From a virus (taxonomy: Duplodnaviria; Heunggongvirae; Uroviricota; Caudoviricetes): 64,000 bases of DNA. Both the position numbers and the translations under genes were made by a program. Positions 7,900 to 18,084 of this stretch are shown in pieces (the first letter of the stretch is position 1; each line of letters opens with the position of its first letter). Where the stretch lies: the IMG/VR virus record IMGVR_UViG_3300042544_003430; one strand, written 5' to 3'. The notes under the pieces are model-generated. The model was not told the DNA's origin, did not search any database, and was given only the letters and a program-made list of their open reading frames with translations.

Positions 7900-8457
7900 A
7901 TGGAAACTAAAAAAATCATCAAGTATGCAGTAATGGGCATCATCGGACTTTTTGTATTTGGTATCTTTACCAGCATCATTTCAACCTCAAACCAAGAGGT
8001 GGATTTGAGAAACAGATTCAAACAAAAGATGGACGAGAGAACAGCATTCTACGACAAAATGTGGAAAACTATTTCCCAGAAATCTCAAGTTGCTCTTCGA
8101 AATGACAGCTCATTTGCAAACAACGTGAATGCAATCATGGCAGGAAGAAAGGACGCACAAGGGCTATTTATGAAATGGGTTCAGGAATCAAATCCGAATG
8201 CGAACTATGAAACCGTATCCTCTTTGTATGCCGATCTAAGCCGAACTATTGAAGGCCAGAGAGATGGATTCTTCATGGAAGAAAAAATGATCCAGTCGAT
8301 AGTGCTAGAACATGATAACATCATGGGTAAATTTCCTTCAGGGGTTATTCTTTCAACCTTCATGGGCAGAACTAAGCTAGTCTACAAACCTATAACTTCA
8401 GATGTTACCGACGAGGTCATCAAGACAGGTAAAGACAACAACACGAAAGTGTTCTAA
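7900..8457 (+). CDS. membrane-anchored hypothetical protein
   Basis: N-terminal TM helix YAVMGIIGLFVFGIFTSIIS. Confidence 0.4.
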   Translation: METKKIIKYAVMGIIGLFVFGIFTSIISTSNQEVDLRNRFKQKMDERTAFYDKMWKTISQKSQVALRNDSSFANNVNAIMAGRKDAQGLFMKWVQESNPNANYETVSSLYADLSRTIEGQRDGFFMEEKMIQSIVLEHDNIMGKFPSGVILSTFMGRTKLVYKPITSDVTDEVIKTGKDNNTKVF

Positions 8458-8482
8458 TTCAAGCAAAATTAAAAAAACAGAT

Positions 8483-9310
8483 ATGAAAAAACTATTAGTC
8501 GTTTTAATGGCACTATTCACAGTCTTAACAGCAAGTGCCAAGTGTGATTTTTCTAAAGTTAAAGTTCAACAATGGAATCAAGGAGTCTATTATAAATGGT
8601 ACACTTCAGGATGGGAAGTAGATTCTTGTAAATCGATGACCTTTCTTCTATTTGATTACCAAACCCAAAAAACCGATACACTATTTAGCTTCAGGGGTAT
8701 TGTTGAAATTGCCTTTAATGCACCAGGTTCTTATAAACTTTACATTAAGCTATCTGACAGATGCAATAAATGTGATACCGCGATTTATCGAATTGTAGAA
8801 ATTCAAAGATGGTACCCTAAAGCAATGTATACTGATAAGTTTATTACCTGTGATAGCTTAGTCGGCGAAATGGGAATTATATCTAACATTAAAGACACCT
8901 GCTACAGCTATTATTACACCATATATAGTGGAAATGAGTTAGACGAATTGACTAAGAATGATTGGGGAGCTATGAAAGATCGAGATTTGATCGATTATTA
9001 TTCTTTTTCACTTGATGACATTCGATATTCTTCTTCCAATTCTAGAAGGATTAATTATAAATTCCCCAACGAAGGAAGATTTTTGATGGTAACCCAGTAC
9101 TATAATAAATGTAATAACCAAGATACTTTCTTTCTAAGAAGATATAATATTGACTGCAGTACAACAGGGATTACATCCATCACTAAACAGGAACCTAAAC
9201 TAATAGGTATGTTTGATGTCTTGGGAAGACCGGTTACGTACGTTCGAGAAAATGAACTTGTAATCTACCTCTACAGTGACGGTACATACAAAAAAATAAT
9301 TAGGAACTAA
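8483..9310 (+). CDS. secreted Cys-rich protein
   Basis: Start chosen at the internal ATG giving the signal peptide MKKLLVVLMALFTVLTASA. Several Cys pairs. Confidence 0.45.
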   Translation: MKKLLVVLMALFTVLTASAKCDFSKVKVQQWNQGVYYKWYTSGWEVDSCKSMTFLLFDYQTQKTDTLFSFRGIVEIAFNAPGSYKLYIKLSDRCNKCDTAIYRIVEIQRWYPKAMYTDKFITCDSLVGEMGIISNIKDTCYSYYYTIYSGNELDELTKNDWGAMKDRDLIDYYSFSLDDIRYSSSNSRRINYKFPNEGRFLMVTQYYNKCNNQDTFFLRRYNIDCSTTGITSITKQEPKLIGMFDVLGRPVTYVRENELVIYLYSDGTYKKIIRN

Positions 9311-9327
9311 ATTTAAATTTAAACTTT

Positions 9328-9358
9328 AAAGGTCGCTAAATTTTAGCGACCTTTTTTG
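9328..9358 (+). terminator. rho-independent terminator
   Basis: AAAGGTCGCTA-aatttt-TAGCGACCTTT followed by a T-run, directly after the 9310 stop. Confidence 0.6.
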
Positions 9359-9375
9359 TGTTTATTATTTACTGA

Positions 9376-9384
9376 CCGTATATT
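9376..9384 (+). promoter_or_regulatory. motif A upstream of 9407
   Basis: ctgaCCGTATATTtactaaataataaatc. Confidence 0.5.
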
Positions 9385-9406
9385 TACTAAATAATAAATC
9401 AAAAAT

Positions 9407-10615
9407 ATGTTAATCTGGCTTTGTCTACTAATTCCTCTCATTGGAGCAATCGTTCTTCTTAAATGGTACAAACACACCCTAGTCTGGTGGGAAGTTCTAG
9501 TCCCTCTAGTTTCCTGCTTCTTCTTTATCCTAATCTTCAAATTCACAGTTGAAAAGATTCAAACCAGCGACACCGAGTATAAAGGTGCTCTCATAGTTGA
9601 AGCTAGATACTACGAGTACTGGGAAACTTATGTTAGAAAAACCTGTTATAGAACTCATAAAGTAGGGAAGACAACTATTACAACTTCCTATGATTGTTCT
9701 TATTGCGATCACAATCCGGAACACTGGACGATGATAAATTCTTTGGGACAAGAATTCTCTATTACCAAGGAACACTACGAAAAATTAAGAAAGCTCTGGA
9801 ATTCTACCCCTCAATTTTTAGAATTGAACCGTAGTATAAACCACAGCTTCTTTGGATGCGGTAAGGATGGAGATGCATACGTAATCAAATGGAATTTAAA
9901 TCCTTTGACCTCCAGATCTACCACGGAATCAAACACCTACGACAATAGGGTTCAAGCTGCACATTCTGCTTTTGATTTCTTAGAAGTATCTGAGGAAGAT
10001 GTAAAAAGATATAAACTATTCGAATATCCAGAAATTAAAGGTTACACCCAAGAGAATGTATTAGGTCTAGATTCTATGCCCTATATTCCAAAAAGTAAAA
10101 TTGACACTTTCAAAATTTTAGCTCATTATTTGAATGGAAAGCTAGGTCCAGAAAAACACGCCAGAATTTATTTCCTCTTCTTTGAGGCTAAAGATCAGCT
10201 AACAGCATCCATGCAAGAGGCTTACTGGGACGGAGGTAATGATAACGAATTGGTTATCTGCATAGGAATAGATCCGAAGACTCAGAACCTAAACTGGGTA
10301 AAACCCTTCTCCTGGACTCCTAATCGACAAGTGATACCGGAAATCCGAGAGGAGATTATGGAAGTAGGTAAATTTGATCCGGTAGCAATTTCTAACCGAG
10401 TGGAGGGTGTGGTTAGATCCAAATACAAAAGAAAAGACTTTAGAGAATTCTCTTATCTGACAGTAGATCCTCCAGCTTGGTCTATCTGGGTTACCGCAAT
10501 TCTTACCGCAATTATTACCTTCTTATTATCCAGATGGGCGGCAATCAACGATATAGGTAACGATGGAGATATGTCAGGAGACTTTTTTAGCAGAAAGAGA
10601 ACTTACAGATGGTAA
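9407..10615 (+). CDS. membrane protein (N- and C-terminal TM segments)
   Basis: MLIWLCLLIPLIGAIVLL and VPLVSCFFFILIF at the N-terminus, WSIWVTAILTAIITFLL at the C-terminus. Confidence 0.45.
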   Translation: MLIWLCLLIPLIGAIVLLKWYKHTLVWWEVLVPLVSCFFFILIFKFTVEKIQTSDTEYKGALIVEARYYEYWETYVRKTCYRTHKVGKTTITTSYDCSYCDHNPEHWTMINSLGQEFSITKEHYEKLRKLWNSTPQFLELNRSINHSFFGCGKDGDAYVIKWNLNPLTSRSTTESNTYDNRVQAAHSAFDFLEVSEEDVKRYKLFEYPEIKGYTQENVLGLDSMPYIPKSKIDTFKILAHYLNGKLGPEKHARIYFLFFEAKDQLTASMQEAYWDGGNDNELVICIGIDPKTQNLNWVKPFSWTPNRQVIPEIREEIMEVGKFDPVAISNRVEGVVRSKYKRKDFREFSYLTVDPPAWSIWVTAILTAIITFLLSRWAAINDIGNDGDMSGDFFSRKRTYRW

Positions 10616-10632
10616 TTAGACTATAATAAGAA

Positions 10633-11223
10633 ATGGCAACAATAAAAGATAAGTGGCACTGGAAATTACAAAGATGGGTTAAACACGATTTACCCTATCT
10701 GCATCTAGAATTTGCAAGGGGAATTAAAAACCTATGGAGATGGTTTCCTGTCATTTGGAAAGACAGAGATTGGGACGATCACTACATCTTTGAAATCCTG
10801 AAGACCAAGTTGAAGAACCAAGCAGAGTACATCGGAACTAGAAACATTCACACTAGAGCAAAGAGAGATTCTGAGATAATGCTTCTTTGTGCTAGATTGA
10901 CGGAAAAGGTTCAGGAAGAATTTTATTCAATGGAATACATGGACTACCACGAGTCAAGATACAATTGGATCGACTCTGAAGATTTTCCAGATTCCAAACA
11001 ATTAGAAATAGAGGAAATTTCTGAGAACTATGACGAGTATCTTGCAAAACACAAATTGGCAGTAAAAAGAGTTATCTCTGATCCTAAGCATCAAATTTTC
11101 AAATTGACAGAGGATGACTATAAACAAAGACTAGCGATGAACGTCTCCCATTATAATCACAAAAGAGCAAGAAAAATTCTTTTCGAATTAATGGAAAGAA
11201 ATATTGAGGGCTGGTGGGATTGA
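10633..11223 (+). CDS. hypothetical protein (Trp-rich, 196 aa)
   Basis: ORF only. Confidence 0.4.
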   Translation: MATIKDKWHWKLQRWVKHDLPYLHLEFARGIKNLWRWFPVIWKDRDWDDHYIFEILKTKLKNQAEYIGTRNIHTRAKRDSEIMLLCARLTEKVQEEFYSMEYMDYHESRYNWIDSEDFPDSKQLEIEEISENYDEYLAKHKLAVKRVISDPKHQIFKLTEDDYKQRLAMNVSHYNHKRARKILFELMERNIEGWWD

Positions 11224-11643
11224 GCAGATTTCGTACCCTATATATGATATATAAATTGAATAATATTTACATATCAAGCCAAGAAAAAAACATCTACTCA
11301 TTATATTTAAAAAACAACCTGCACAATTACTAAAAAATTTTATATTGGGATTCTTTCTACATCTATTTTGGATGATGGATATTTAGGATCTGGAGTAAAA
11401 TTAACCAGATCTGTTAAGAAATATGGAAAATACAATCACATTAAAGAAATTCTAGAATACTTGAGTGATAGAGAGTCTTTATTATAATAAAAGAATTATT
11501 AGTAAACGAAGATCTAATAAATGATCCATTTTGTATGAATTTAATAGTAGGAGGAAATTTTTCGGGGCTCAATTATCGTAAAGAACACACCGAAAAAACT
11601 AAAAATAAAATTTCTTCTAAATAAAGGGAAAATAGAAAAAATT

Positions 11644-14600
11644 ATGGCTCAAAAGTATTTGAGCAAAGCTTTGGCTTTCGCTTTAACCTTGTTTGCAACA
11701 CAAGGAAATCTTCATGCAGCATGCGGGAATCTCACACCGAGTTTCAGTAATGCATCCAACAAAACCTGTGGTATACCTCAGGTAATTACACTTACCAATA
11801 CTTCCACTGGAAACAGTCGAAATGTAGCCACCTACAAGTGGTATGTGGGTACCACACTGCTGAGCACACAAGTTGGCAAATCCACCCAAAAATACACCAT
11901 CAACACTGCAGGTAGCTATACCTTCAAGTTGGTGGCGATAGATACGGGTAAGGTGGGCTGTAAAGACAGCACAAGCACTACCATTACCATTTCGGCATCT
12001 GTTCCGAGAATTTTGGATGGCAATAGAGTAAATACCTATTCTCCCATTTGGGAAAATTGTATAAGTTCATTGGGGGTTCCTGACACCTTTGGTATAAATA
12101 TCAAACCTCAGGATTCATTGCGAAATTACACCATAGTTTGGGGGGATGGCACCGGTAATTCTACTGGCACTTTACTGCTTAGCAGCCAATCCCTCTACCA
12201 TAAGTATAATTCACTAGGACAATTTACTTTATTAATCATCGGAACAAAGGGAAGTTGCACTGATACCCTTCGAGGTGTGGTGTCGAATGAAAGAAATCCT
12301 GTGGCTGGAATTGTGGGTCCACCAACAGGAACCAATGCAGGTTGTGTGCCCATTCGCATGCGTTTTATCAATAACTCTTCCTTAAGCTCACCTAGCACCA
12401 CTTTTACCTGGGATTTTGGCAATGGCGAAACCATAGTAAGGGGATTCAATACCCACAAAGACACTTTATTTTATACCTATAAGCGCTTTTTGTGTAATGG
12501 CATCGTGAAACTTACTCAAACCAATAATTGTGGTTCGAGTTTTGCCACCTGGAACCCAATCATGGCTTCCTCTAAGGATACTGCCATTATTGCGCCGACC
12601 AATCCGACCAACTGCGATCTTGCTGTACCTTTTACGTTTAACAATACCTCTCAAAATCGTTTTTGTAGCACGCCAAACAATAAGAAATACCTCTGGGTTT
12701 GGGGCGACGGAACCAATTCTGGTTGGAGTACTTCTTCTGCTTCGCAGTCTAAAACCTACAGCAAGCGCGGTGTGTACCAGGTCTTGCTGATTGATTCAAA
12801 TGGCTGCGGTAAAGATACTGCAAGGTATACCTTGCGTATCGATAGCATGCCTACCATTTCTGCAGGCCCAGCGTCGGCTGCAGGATGCTCACCTTTGGTG
12901 GTAAACTTCAGAGACAACAGCATAAATGCAACTTCTAGAAATTGGGATTTTGGATATGCAACACCAACAAGCAGTGCGCAAAACCCAACCCATACCTATC
13001 AAACAGGTGGTACATATAGAGCAGTGCTGACAGTAGCCAACAATTGTGGATCATTAAAAGATACTGTCCTTATTACTGTCAAACAAAAAGTAAAGGCAAA
13101 CTTCAATACACCGCTTACTGGCTGTGCTCCATTAACACAGAAATGGACCAATACATCTGTCAAAGGATTGGCAGGAACCCCTACATATTTCTGGGATTTT
13201 GGGGACGGAACAACTTCTACCCAGGTGAATCCTCCAGATAAAACTTACTCTACGTTAGGGACATATACCATTACACTCATTGCTACAGACTCATGCGGTA
13301 AGGATACCATTAAAAAGACGTTTACCGTCCGTGGTAAGCCCTCTGCTACAATTACTTTGTTATCTTCAAGCCGGTGTGTGGGCAGCACTTTAGATATTCG
13401 CTTTGTAACCTCACCCGTAAATACAGCTTCAGTTATCTGGGGTGATGGAACCAATGGCAGCAGTTATTTCGGATTGGGTGGTTCAGTTGACCGCACGGTT
13501 TCCAGAAAATACGACAGTCTGCGCACCTACAGATTTGGGGTAGTTATGGTGGATCCAAGCGGTTGCCGAGACACCAATTACCTAAACATTGCAATGGATC
13601 CAAGGCCTACGATGAACTATACCTACACCACAACCAATGGTTGTGGTCCTTTGGATGTTACATTTACCAATACCAGTGCGCACAATGGAGGGGGTAACAT
13701 CAACCAAATGAAGTTCTTATGGAACTTTAGTAATGGTATATTGGCTTACAGCAAAGATACTGCAGCTAGGTTCTTGCCGTTTAAAACAAGAGACTCTATT
13801 TATCCCGTTAAATTAATTGGAACAAACGCCTTTGGCTGCAGAGATTCCATTACCAAAACGGTTCGAGTTTATCCAAAACCATTGAGTAAATTTAGTATTA
13901 GTGAAAAGGATGGTTGTGCACCTTTGGATATTACTACTACGAACAATTCTACTCCATATGACACGGGTTCTATAAACATAATGAAGTTTATATGGGACTT
14001 TGGCAACGGCAGGAAAGCGTTTGGTAAAGATACTGCTGCTCGATTCTTAGCCAGTAAAACAAAAGATACTGTGTATACTGTTAGTCTGATATCTATTTCT
14101 GAACATGGTTGCCGAGATACCAGTTCAACCACAGTGCGTATTTATCCAAAACCTAAAGCCTTATTTACCAGAAGTAAAACTGAAGGTTGCAAACCACTCG
14201 GGGTTACCTATGTCAACCAAAGTGTACCCTACGATACCGGCAATATATCAATAATGAGTTTTGCTTGGGATTTAGGAAATAGAATTACCTCATTCGCTAC
14301 AGAACCTGTGGGTATCTATAATGATGCGATAAACAAAGATACTACTTATAAGGTACGTTTGATTGCCACTAGTGAGCACGGATGCAAGGATACTGCAAAT
14401 TCCACTGTACTGTTACATCCGAATCCGGTGATTAAATTTGATATGAGCCGCACCAATGGCTGCGGTCCATTGCCTGTGAGCTTCTCGAACAAGAGCATCA
14501 ACGGCGATGCATTTACTTGGGAGTTTGGCGTATATGGAACTGATACCGCAAAGAGTCCTAGTAAGGTATTCTATGGCCGCGATATTTTTGACTCAGTAGT

Positions 14601-16737
14601 AGTGGTGAAGCTTAGCGCGATGAGCAAATTTGGCTGCTTGAGTGATACGCTAAAAGACGAAGTGACGGTTTTTGGATTACCTATTGCCAACTATCTAGTT
14701 TCAACAGATACCTTCTGTTTCCCTGACCTGACGCAGTTTTTGAACCAAAGTTTGGCTTCCTACAACTACACTTGGGATTTGGGCGATGGCACTGTAACAG
14801 GAACTACAAACCCCAAACATTTCTTCAAGAAAAGCTCAAGTCCATTTAGTGATACTACCTATTTCATCAAACTTGTTGCTACAAGCCCTTACGGATGTAA
14901 GGACACCGCAAACGGCAGTATGACCGTATTGCCTTACCCTATTCCAAAATTCAGTGTTGACAATCCTGCGGGTTGTGCGTCACACACAGTGAAGTTCAAC
15001 AACCAGTCGGTAAACGTGTTGAATTACCTGTGGGTATTTGGAGATGGATATACATCAACCGATGTGAACCCTACCCATACCTTTATAAATACCGGTGCGA
15101 ATGATACGGCGTATCAGGTTGTTCTTTATACCTACTCTTTGGATTGTGTAGACTCTACTAGTATTTGGATACCAGTTTACAAGCCCTCGTATTCATTCTT
15201 CAGAACGGACCGGGTAAATCCATGTGATGCTGGATATTTTAAATTCCAGAGCTTTGGCGAAAATGCGCCAATTGTGAAGTACAATTTTGGTGATGGTAGC
15301 ACATCAACTTTTCCCAACCTAACGCATTTATTCCCAACCTCACCTTACACCGATACAAGCTTCATCGTTACACTATACACCACAAGCAATCGCGGTTGCA
15401 CAGACAGCTTTAAACGCACAGTTACGCTCCCACAGCGACTTTCTATCGGAATGAAAGACACCAGTTATGCGCTATGTGCTCCGACGGTAATTCAGTTTAC
15501 AAACTACACAAGGGGTGCACGCACATATATTTGGGACTTTGGAGATAATGGAGGAAGTTCTCAGAAGAACCCAATTTATGAATACCAAAAACCGGGCTTA
15601 TACGCATATAAGTTGTTTGCCTTTGACGCAAATGGGTGTATTGACAGTCAGGTTTCAAACGGCACTGTTCGTGTGGATGTGAGTCCTAAAGCGGATTTTG
15701 ACTTTAGTCCTGGTAAAGGCCGCATGCCAAATGACAACCGTATTTTCTTTACTGACAAGAGCCGCAGTGTGATACCACTGACCTATTTCTGGGATTTCTC
15801 GGATCCAGCGGGTATACCTGCAACGAGTACGATTCAAAATGCAACCCACGATTTTAGCGACTCTGGAGACTATAAAATCTGTTTGACGGTAGATAATGGG
15901 GGTTGTAAGAATATATTTTGCAATTTTGTACGCATCGATCCGGCATTTCCAACCCCAGATTTCTCGGTGGGTGGGGATTCGGGTTGCCCACCTCTTACCG
16001 TGCAGTTTACCAACCTTTCTGTGAACTCTGACCGCTATATATGGTTCTTTGGTGACGGTGAAAGAAGCGAGGACAAAGACCCAGTCCATACCTATAAGTA
16101 CAGCGGATATTACGACGTGATTTTGATCGCAAAAGGTCCAGGGGGTGAGGGTAAAACGGAGAAGAAGCAGTTCATAAAAGTATTGAATGCACCATTCACG
16201 TATTTCAATCTCACGCCCTCTATATTGTACCTTCCTGATGCCAAATTCACAACTCGAAACCTGACTACTGGAGCTGTAGGATATCAGTGGAATGTGTACA
16301 ACAGCAGCACTAGAAATCGAGTTGGGAATAGCCTTTTGGTGAATCCCTATTTCCAAGTAAACGATACGGGGCATTATGATGTGGAATTGATTTCAGTAAG
16401 CAGTCAGGTCTGTTATGATACCCTATTGTTGCCCAAGCCCATCTACGTGAATCCACGTGGCATATTGCATGTACCGGATGCCTTCACACCTACCAATGAT
16501 GAACGCAACGATGTGTTTAAACCAAGCGCGATAAACGTGCAAAAGGATTTCTATCTCTTCCAGATCTATAACAGATGGGGTGAAATCGTATTCGAAACCA
16601 AAGACCCCGATGAGGGTTGGGACGGCCGTAAAAAGGGCAAAATATGCCAAAGTGGAGTCTATGTATATAAAATCAATGCAAGACTCTTCAGCGGGGATGA
16701 TATTTCAGCGGATGGTGTGGTTCACTTGATTCGATAG
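11644..16737 (+). CDS. giant secreted PKD-repeat protein with Bacteroidota type-IX secretion (gliding-motility) C-terminal domain
   Basis: Signal peptide. Many repeats of the form W(D/V)FGDG..S....P.H.Y...G.Y.V.L (PKD-like). C-terminus VPDAFTPTNDERNDVFKP...YNRWGEIVF...DPDEGWDGRKKG...GVYVYKI resembles the T9SS type-B CTD. Confidence 0.7.
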   Translation: MAQKYLSKALAFALTLFATQGNLHAACGNLTPSFSNASNKTCGIPQVITLTNTSTGNSRNVATYKWYVGTTLLSTQVGKSTQKYTINTAGSYTFKLVAIDTGKVGCKDSTSTTITISASVPRILDGNRVNTYSPIWENCISSLGVPDTFGINIKPQDSLRNYTIVWGDGTGNSTGTLLLSSQSLYHKYNSLGQFTLLIIGTKGSCTDTLRGVVSNERNPVAGIVGPPTGTNAGCVPIRMRFINNSSLSSPSTTFTWDFGNGETIVRGFNTHKDTLFYTYKRFLCNGIVKLTQTNNCGSSFATWNPIMASSKDTAIIAPTNPTNCDLAVPFTFNNTSQNRFCSTPNNKKYLWVWGDGTNSGWSTSSASQSKTYSKRGVYQVLLIDSNGCGKDTARYTLRIDSMPTISAGPASAAGCSPLVVNFRDNSINATSRNWDFGYATPTSSAQNPTHTYQTGGTYRAVLTVANNCGSLKDTVLITVKQKVKANFNTPLTGCAPLTQKWTNTSVKGLAGTPTYFWDFGDGTTSTQVNPPDKTYSTLGTYTITLIATDSCGKDTIKKTFTVRGKPSATITLLSSSRCVGSTLDIRFVTSPVNTASVIWGDGTNGSSYFGLGGSVDRTVSRKYDSLRTYRFGVVMVDPSGCRDTNYLNIAMDPRPTMNYTYTTTNGCGPLDVTFTNTSAHNGGGNINQMKFLWNFSNGILAYSKDTAARFLPFKTRDSIYPVKLIGTNAFGCRDSITKTVRVYPKPLSKFSISEKDGCAPLDITTTNNSTPYDTGSINIMKFIWDFGNGRKAFGKDTAARFLASKTKDTVYTVSLISISEHGCRDTSSTTVRIYPKPKALFTRSKTEGCKPLGVTYVNQSVPYDTGNISIMSFAWDLGNRITSFATEPVGIYNDAINKDTTYKVRLIATSEHGCKDTANSTVLLHPNPVIKFDMSRTNGCGPLPVSFSNKSINGDAFTWEFGVYGTDTAKSPSKVFYGRDIFDSVVVVKLSAMSKFGCLSDTLKDEVTVFGLPIANYLVSTDTFCFPDLTQFLNQSLASYNYTWDLGDGTVTGTTNPKHFFKKSSSPFSDTTYFIKLVATSPYGCKDTANGSMTVLPYPIPKFSVDNPAGCASHTVKFNNQSVNVLNYLWVFGDGYTSTDVNPTHTFINTGANDTAYQVVLYTYSLDCVDSTSIWIPVYKPSYSFFRTDRVNPCDAGYFKFQSFGENAPIVKYNFGDGSTSTFPNLTHLFPTSPYTDTSFIVTLYTTSNRGCTDSFKRTVTLPQRLSIGMKDTSYALCAPTVIQFTNYTRGARTYIWDFGDNGGSSQKNPIYEYQKPGLYAYKLFAFDANGCIDSQVSNGTVRVDVSPKADFDFSPGKGRMPNDNRIFFTDKSRSVIPLTYFWDFSDPAGIPATSTIQNATHDFSDSGDYKICLTVDNGGCKNIFCNFVRIDPAFPTPDFSVGGDSGCPPLTVQFTNLSVNSDRYIWFFGDGERSEDKDPVHTYKYSGYYDVILIAKGPGGEGKTEKKQFIKVLNAPFTYFNLTPSILYLPDAKFTTRNLTTGAVGYQWNVYNSSTRNRVGNSLLVNPYFQVNDTGHYDVELISVSSQVCYDTLLLPKPIYVNPRGILHVPDAFTPTNDERNDVFKPSAINVQKDFYLFQIYNRWGEIVFETKDPDEGWDGRKKGKICQSGVYVYKINARLFSGDDISADGVVHLIR

Positions 16738-16788
16738 ACTATCTGTGTAACAAGATGGCATAATGAAAATTGTAATAATAAAAATTGA

Positions 16789-16797
16789 CCGTATATT
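16789..16797 (+). promoter_or_regulatory. motif A upstream of 16804
   Basis: ttgaCCGTATATTtataaaATG. Confidence 0.5.
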
Positions 16798-16803
16798 TAT
16801 AAA

Positions 16804-17154
16804 ATGGCAATAAAATACAAAGAGTTTAAAAAGAAATTACAAAACGAACCCCTAACCGAAGAGGAATTAACCATTATTCAGGAGACAGAAGATTATATTG
16901 ACTCTGAAATTCTAAACCAATTTCCGAAGAGCAATTACGGAGAGGTTCTAATTGATTTGACTTATCCGTCTTTTACCTACTCTCATCAAAGAGGTTCTTT
17001 GATGGACTCAAATTCATATAGAAGATCCTTGATGAGATCCGAATTAGAAAAAAGATACAAATCAGCCGGATGGAAGATAGAGGTTAAATTCGACGATGGA
17101 CTGGATGGACCTAATATGTCCGGTCCAGATTATTGGATATTAAAAGGAAAGTAG
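16804..17154 (+). CDS. hypothetical protein (116 aa)
   Basis: ORF downstream of motif A. Confidence 0.4.
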   Translation: MAIKYKEFKKKLQNEPLTEEELTIIQETEDYIDSEILNQFPKSNYGEVLIDLTYPSFTYSHQRGSLMDSNSYRRSLMRSELEKRYKSAGWKIEVKFDDGLDGPNMSGPDYWILKGK

Positions 17155-17156
17155 GA

Positions 17157-17165
17157 CCGTATATT
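17157..17165 (+). promoter_or_regulatory. motif A upstream of 17181
   Basis: ggaCCGTATATTtataaaaataacaatATG. Its position argues that the Prs-like gene starts at 17181, not 17133. Confidence 0.5.
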
Positions 17166-17180
17166 TATAAAAATAACAAT

Positions 17181-18083
17181 ATGTTACAATTAAATTTAGC
17201 AGACTCAGATAAGTCACAGATCAAATTTAAACCATCTGCATTTCCAGACGGCCAGCAATCAATCACTTTAGCTCTGTCCACAATCTCAGATCTAGAAATA
17301 TCTTGCACAATCAAGTCCAGATTAAATTCTTTCAGGGATTTAGAACTCATAGTCTGCGCAGCAGCTGCATTGAGAGAAGCTGGAATGGAAAGAATTCACC
17401 TTTATATTCCATACTGTCTAGGCGGAAGATCTGACATCAAATTTGAAGAAGGTGGCTTAAACTACATCAAGAGTGTAATTGCACCTATCATCAATTTACA
17501 AAAATTTACTTCTGTTACCGTCATGGATGCTCACTCGATAGCTCTAGAAAATTGCATTGATAATTTGAAAAAGCTAGACAATTCTTATCTTGCAAAATGG
17601 GCAATCAAGGATCTATCTTCAGAAGGAGGAGATTTCAAATTGGTCTCTCCTGATGCTGGAGCACTAAAGAAAATATTCTCAACAGCTAAATCTATCGGAT
17701 ATAAAGGAGAAATAATAGTTGCTGAAAAAGTTAGAGATTTATCTACCGGAAAAATTATTCACACCAAGGTACCTATAAACGTTTATGATGCAGATAAAGA
17801 TTTTATCATTATAGATGATATCTGTGACGGTGGGAGAACATTCATAGAAATCGCCAAGGCTATAGAAGAAATGAGATCTTTAAGTTCAGTGGTTCATCCA
17901 GATAAGCACGGAAAAAATTACCTTATCGTAACTCACGGCATCTTCAGCGCAGGATTTGAAGAACTTAGTAAATATTTTGATAGAATTTATACCACCAATT
18001 CTATCTCCGAAATAAACGAGTCTGAAAATTACAAAGGTGCTGAATTTGATAAACAATTTGTTAAACAACTAAACGTATTCTAA
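17181..18083 (+). CDS. ribose-phosphate pyrophosphokinase (PRPP synthetase) family protein
   Basis: PRPP-binding loop IIIDDICDGGRTF, overall Prs-like layout. Start trimmed to the ATG after motif A. Confidence 0.6.
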   Translation: MLQLNLADSDKSQIKFKPSAFPDGQQSITLALSTISDLEISCTIKSRLNSFRDLELIVCAAAALREAGMERIHLYIPYCLGGRSDIKFEEGGLNYIKSVIAPIINLQKFTSVTVMDAHSIALENCIDNLKKLDNSYLAKWAIKDLSSEGGDFKLVSPDAGALKKIFSTAKSIGYKGEIIVAEKVRDLSTGKIIHTKVPINVYDADKDFIIIDDICDGGRTFIEIAKAIEEMRSLSSVVHPDKHGKNYLIVTHGIFSAGFEELSKYFDRIYTTNSISEINESENYKGAEFDKQFVKQLNVF

Positions 18084-18084
18084 A

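Noticed and set aside
15655-16374. 239-aa minus-strand ORF inside the giant PKD gene; similar antisense ORFs at 11683-11889, 12195-12654 and 13869-14132
   Set aside because: Antisense or shadow ORFs fully nested in a well-supported 1697-aa repeat-containing gene, with no promoter motif or independent evidence.
17133-17180. Upstream 16 codons of the Prs-like ORF as given in the track (MDIKRKVGPYIYKNNN)
   Set aside because: This stretch contains the promoter motif A itself (CCGTATATT at 17157) and overlaps the upstream gene. The start was moved to 17181.
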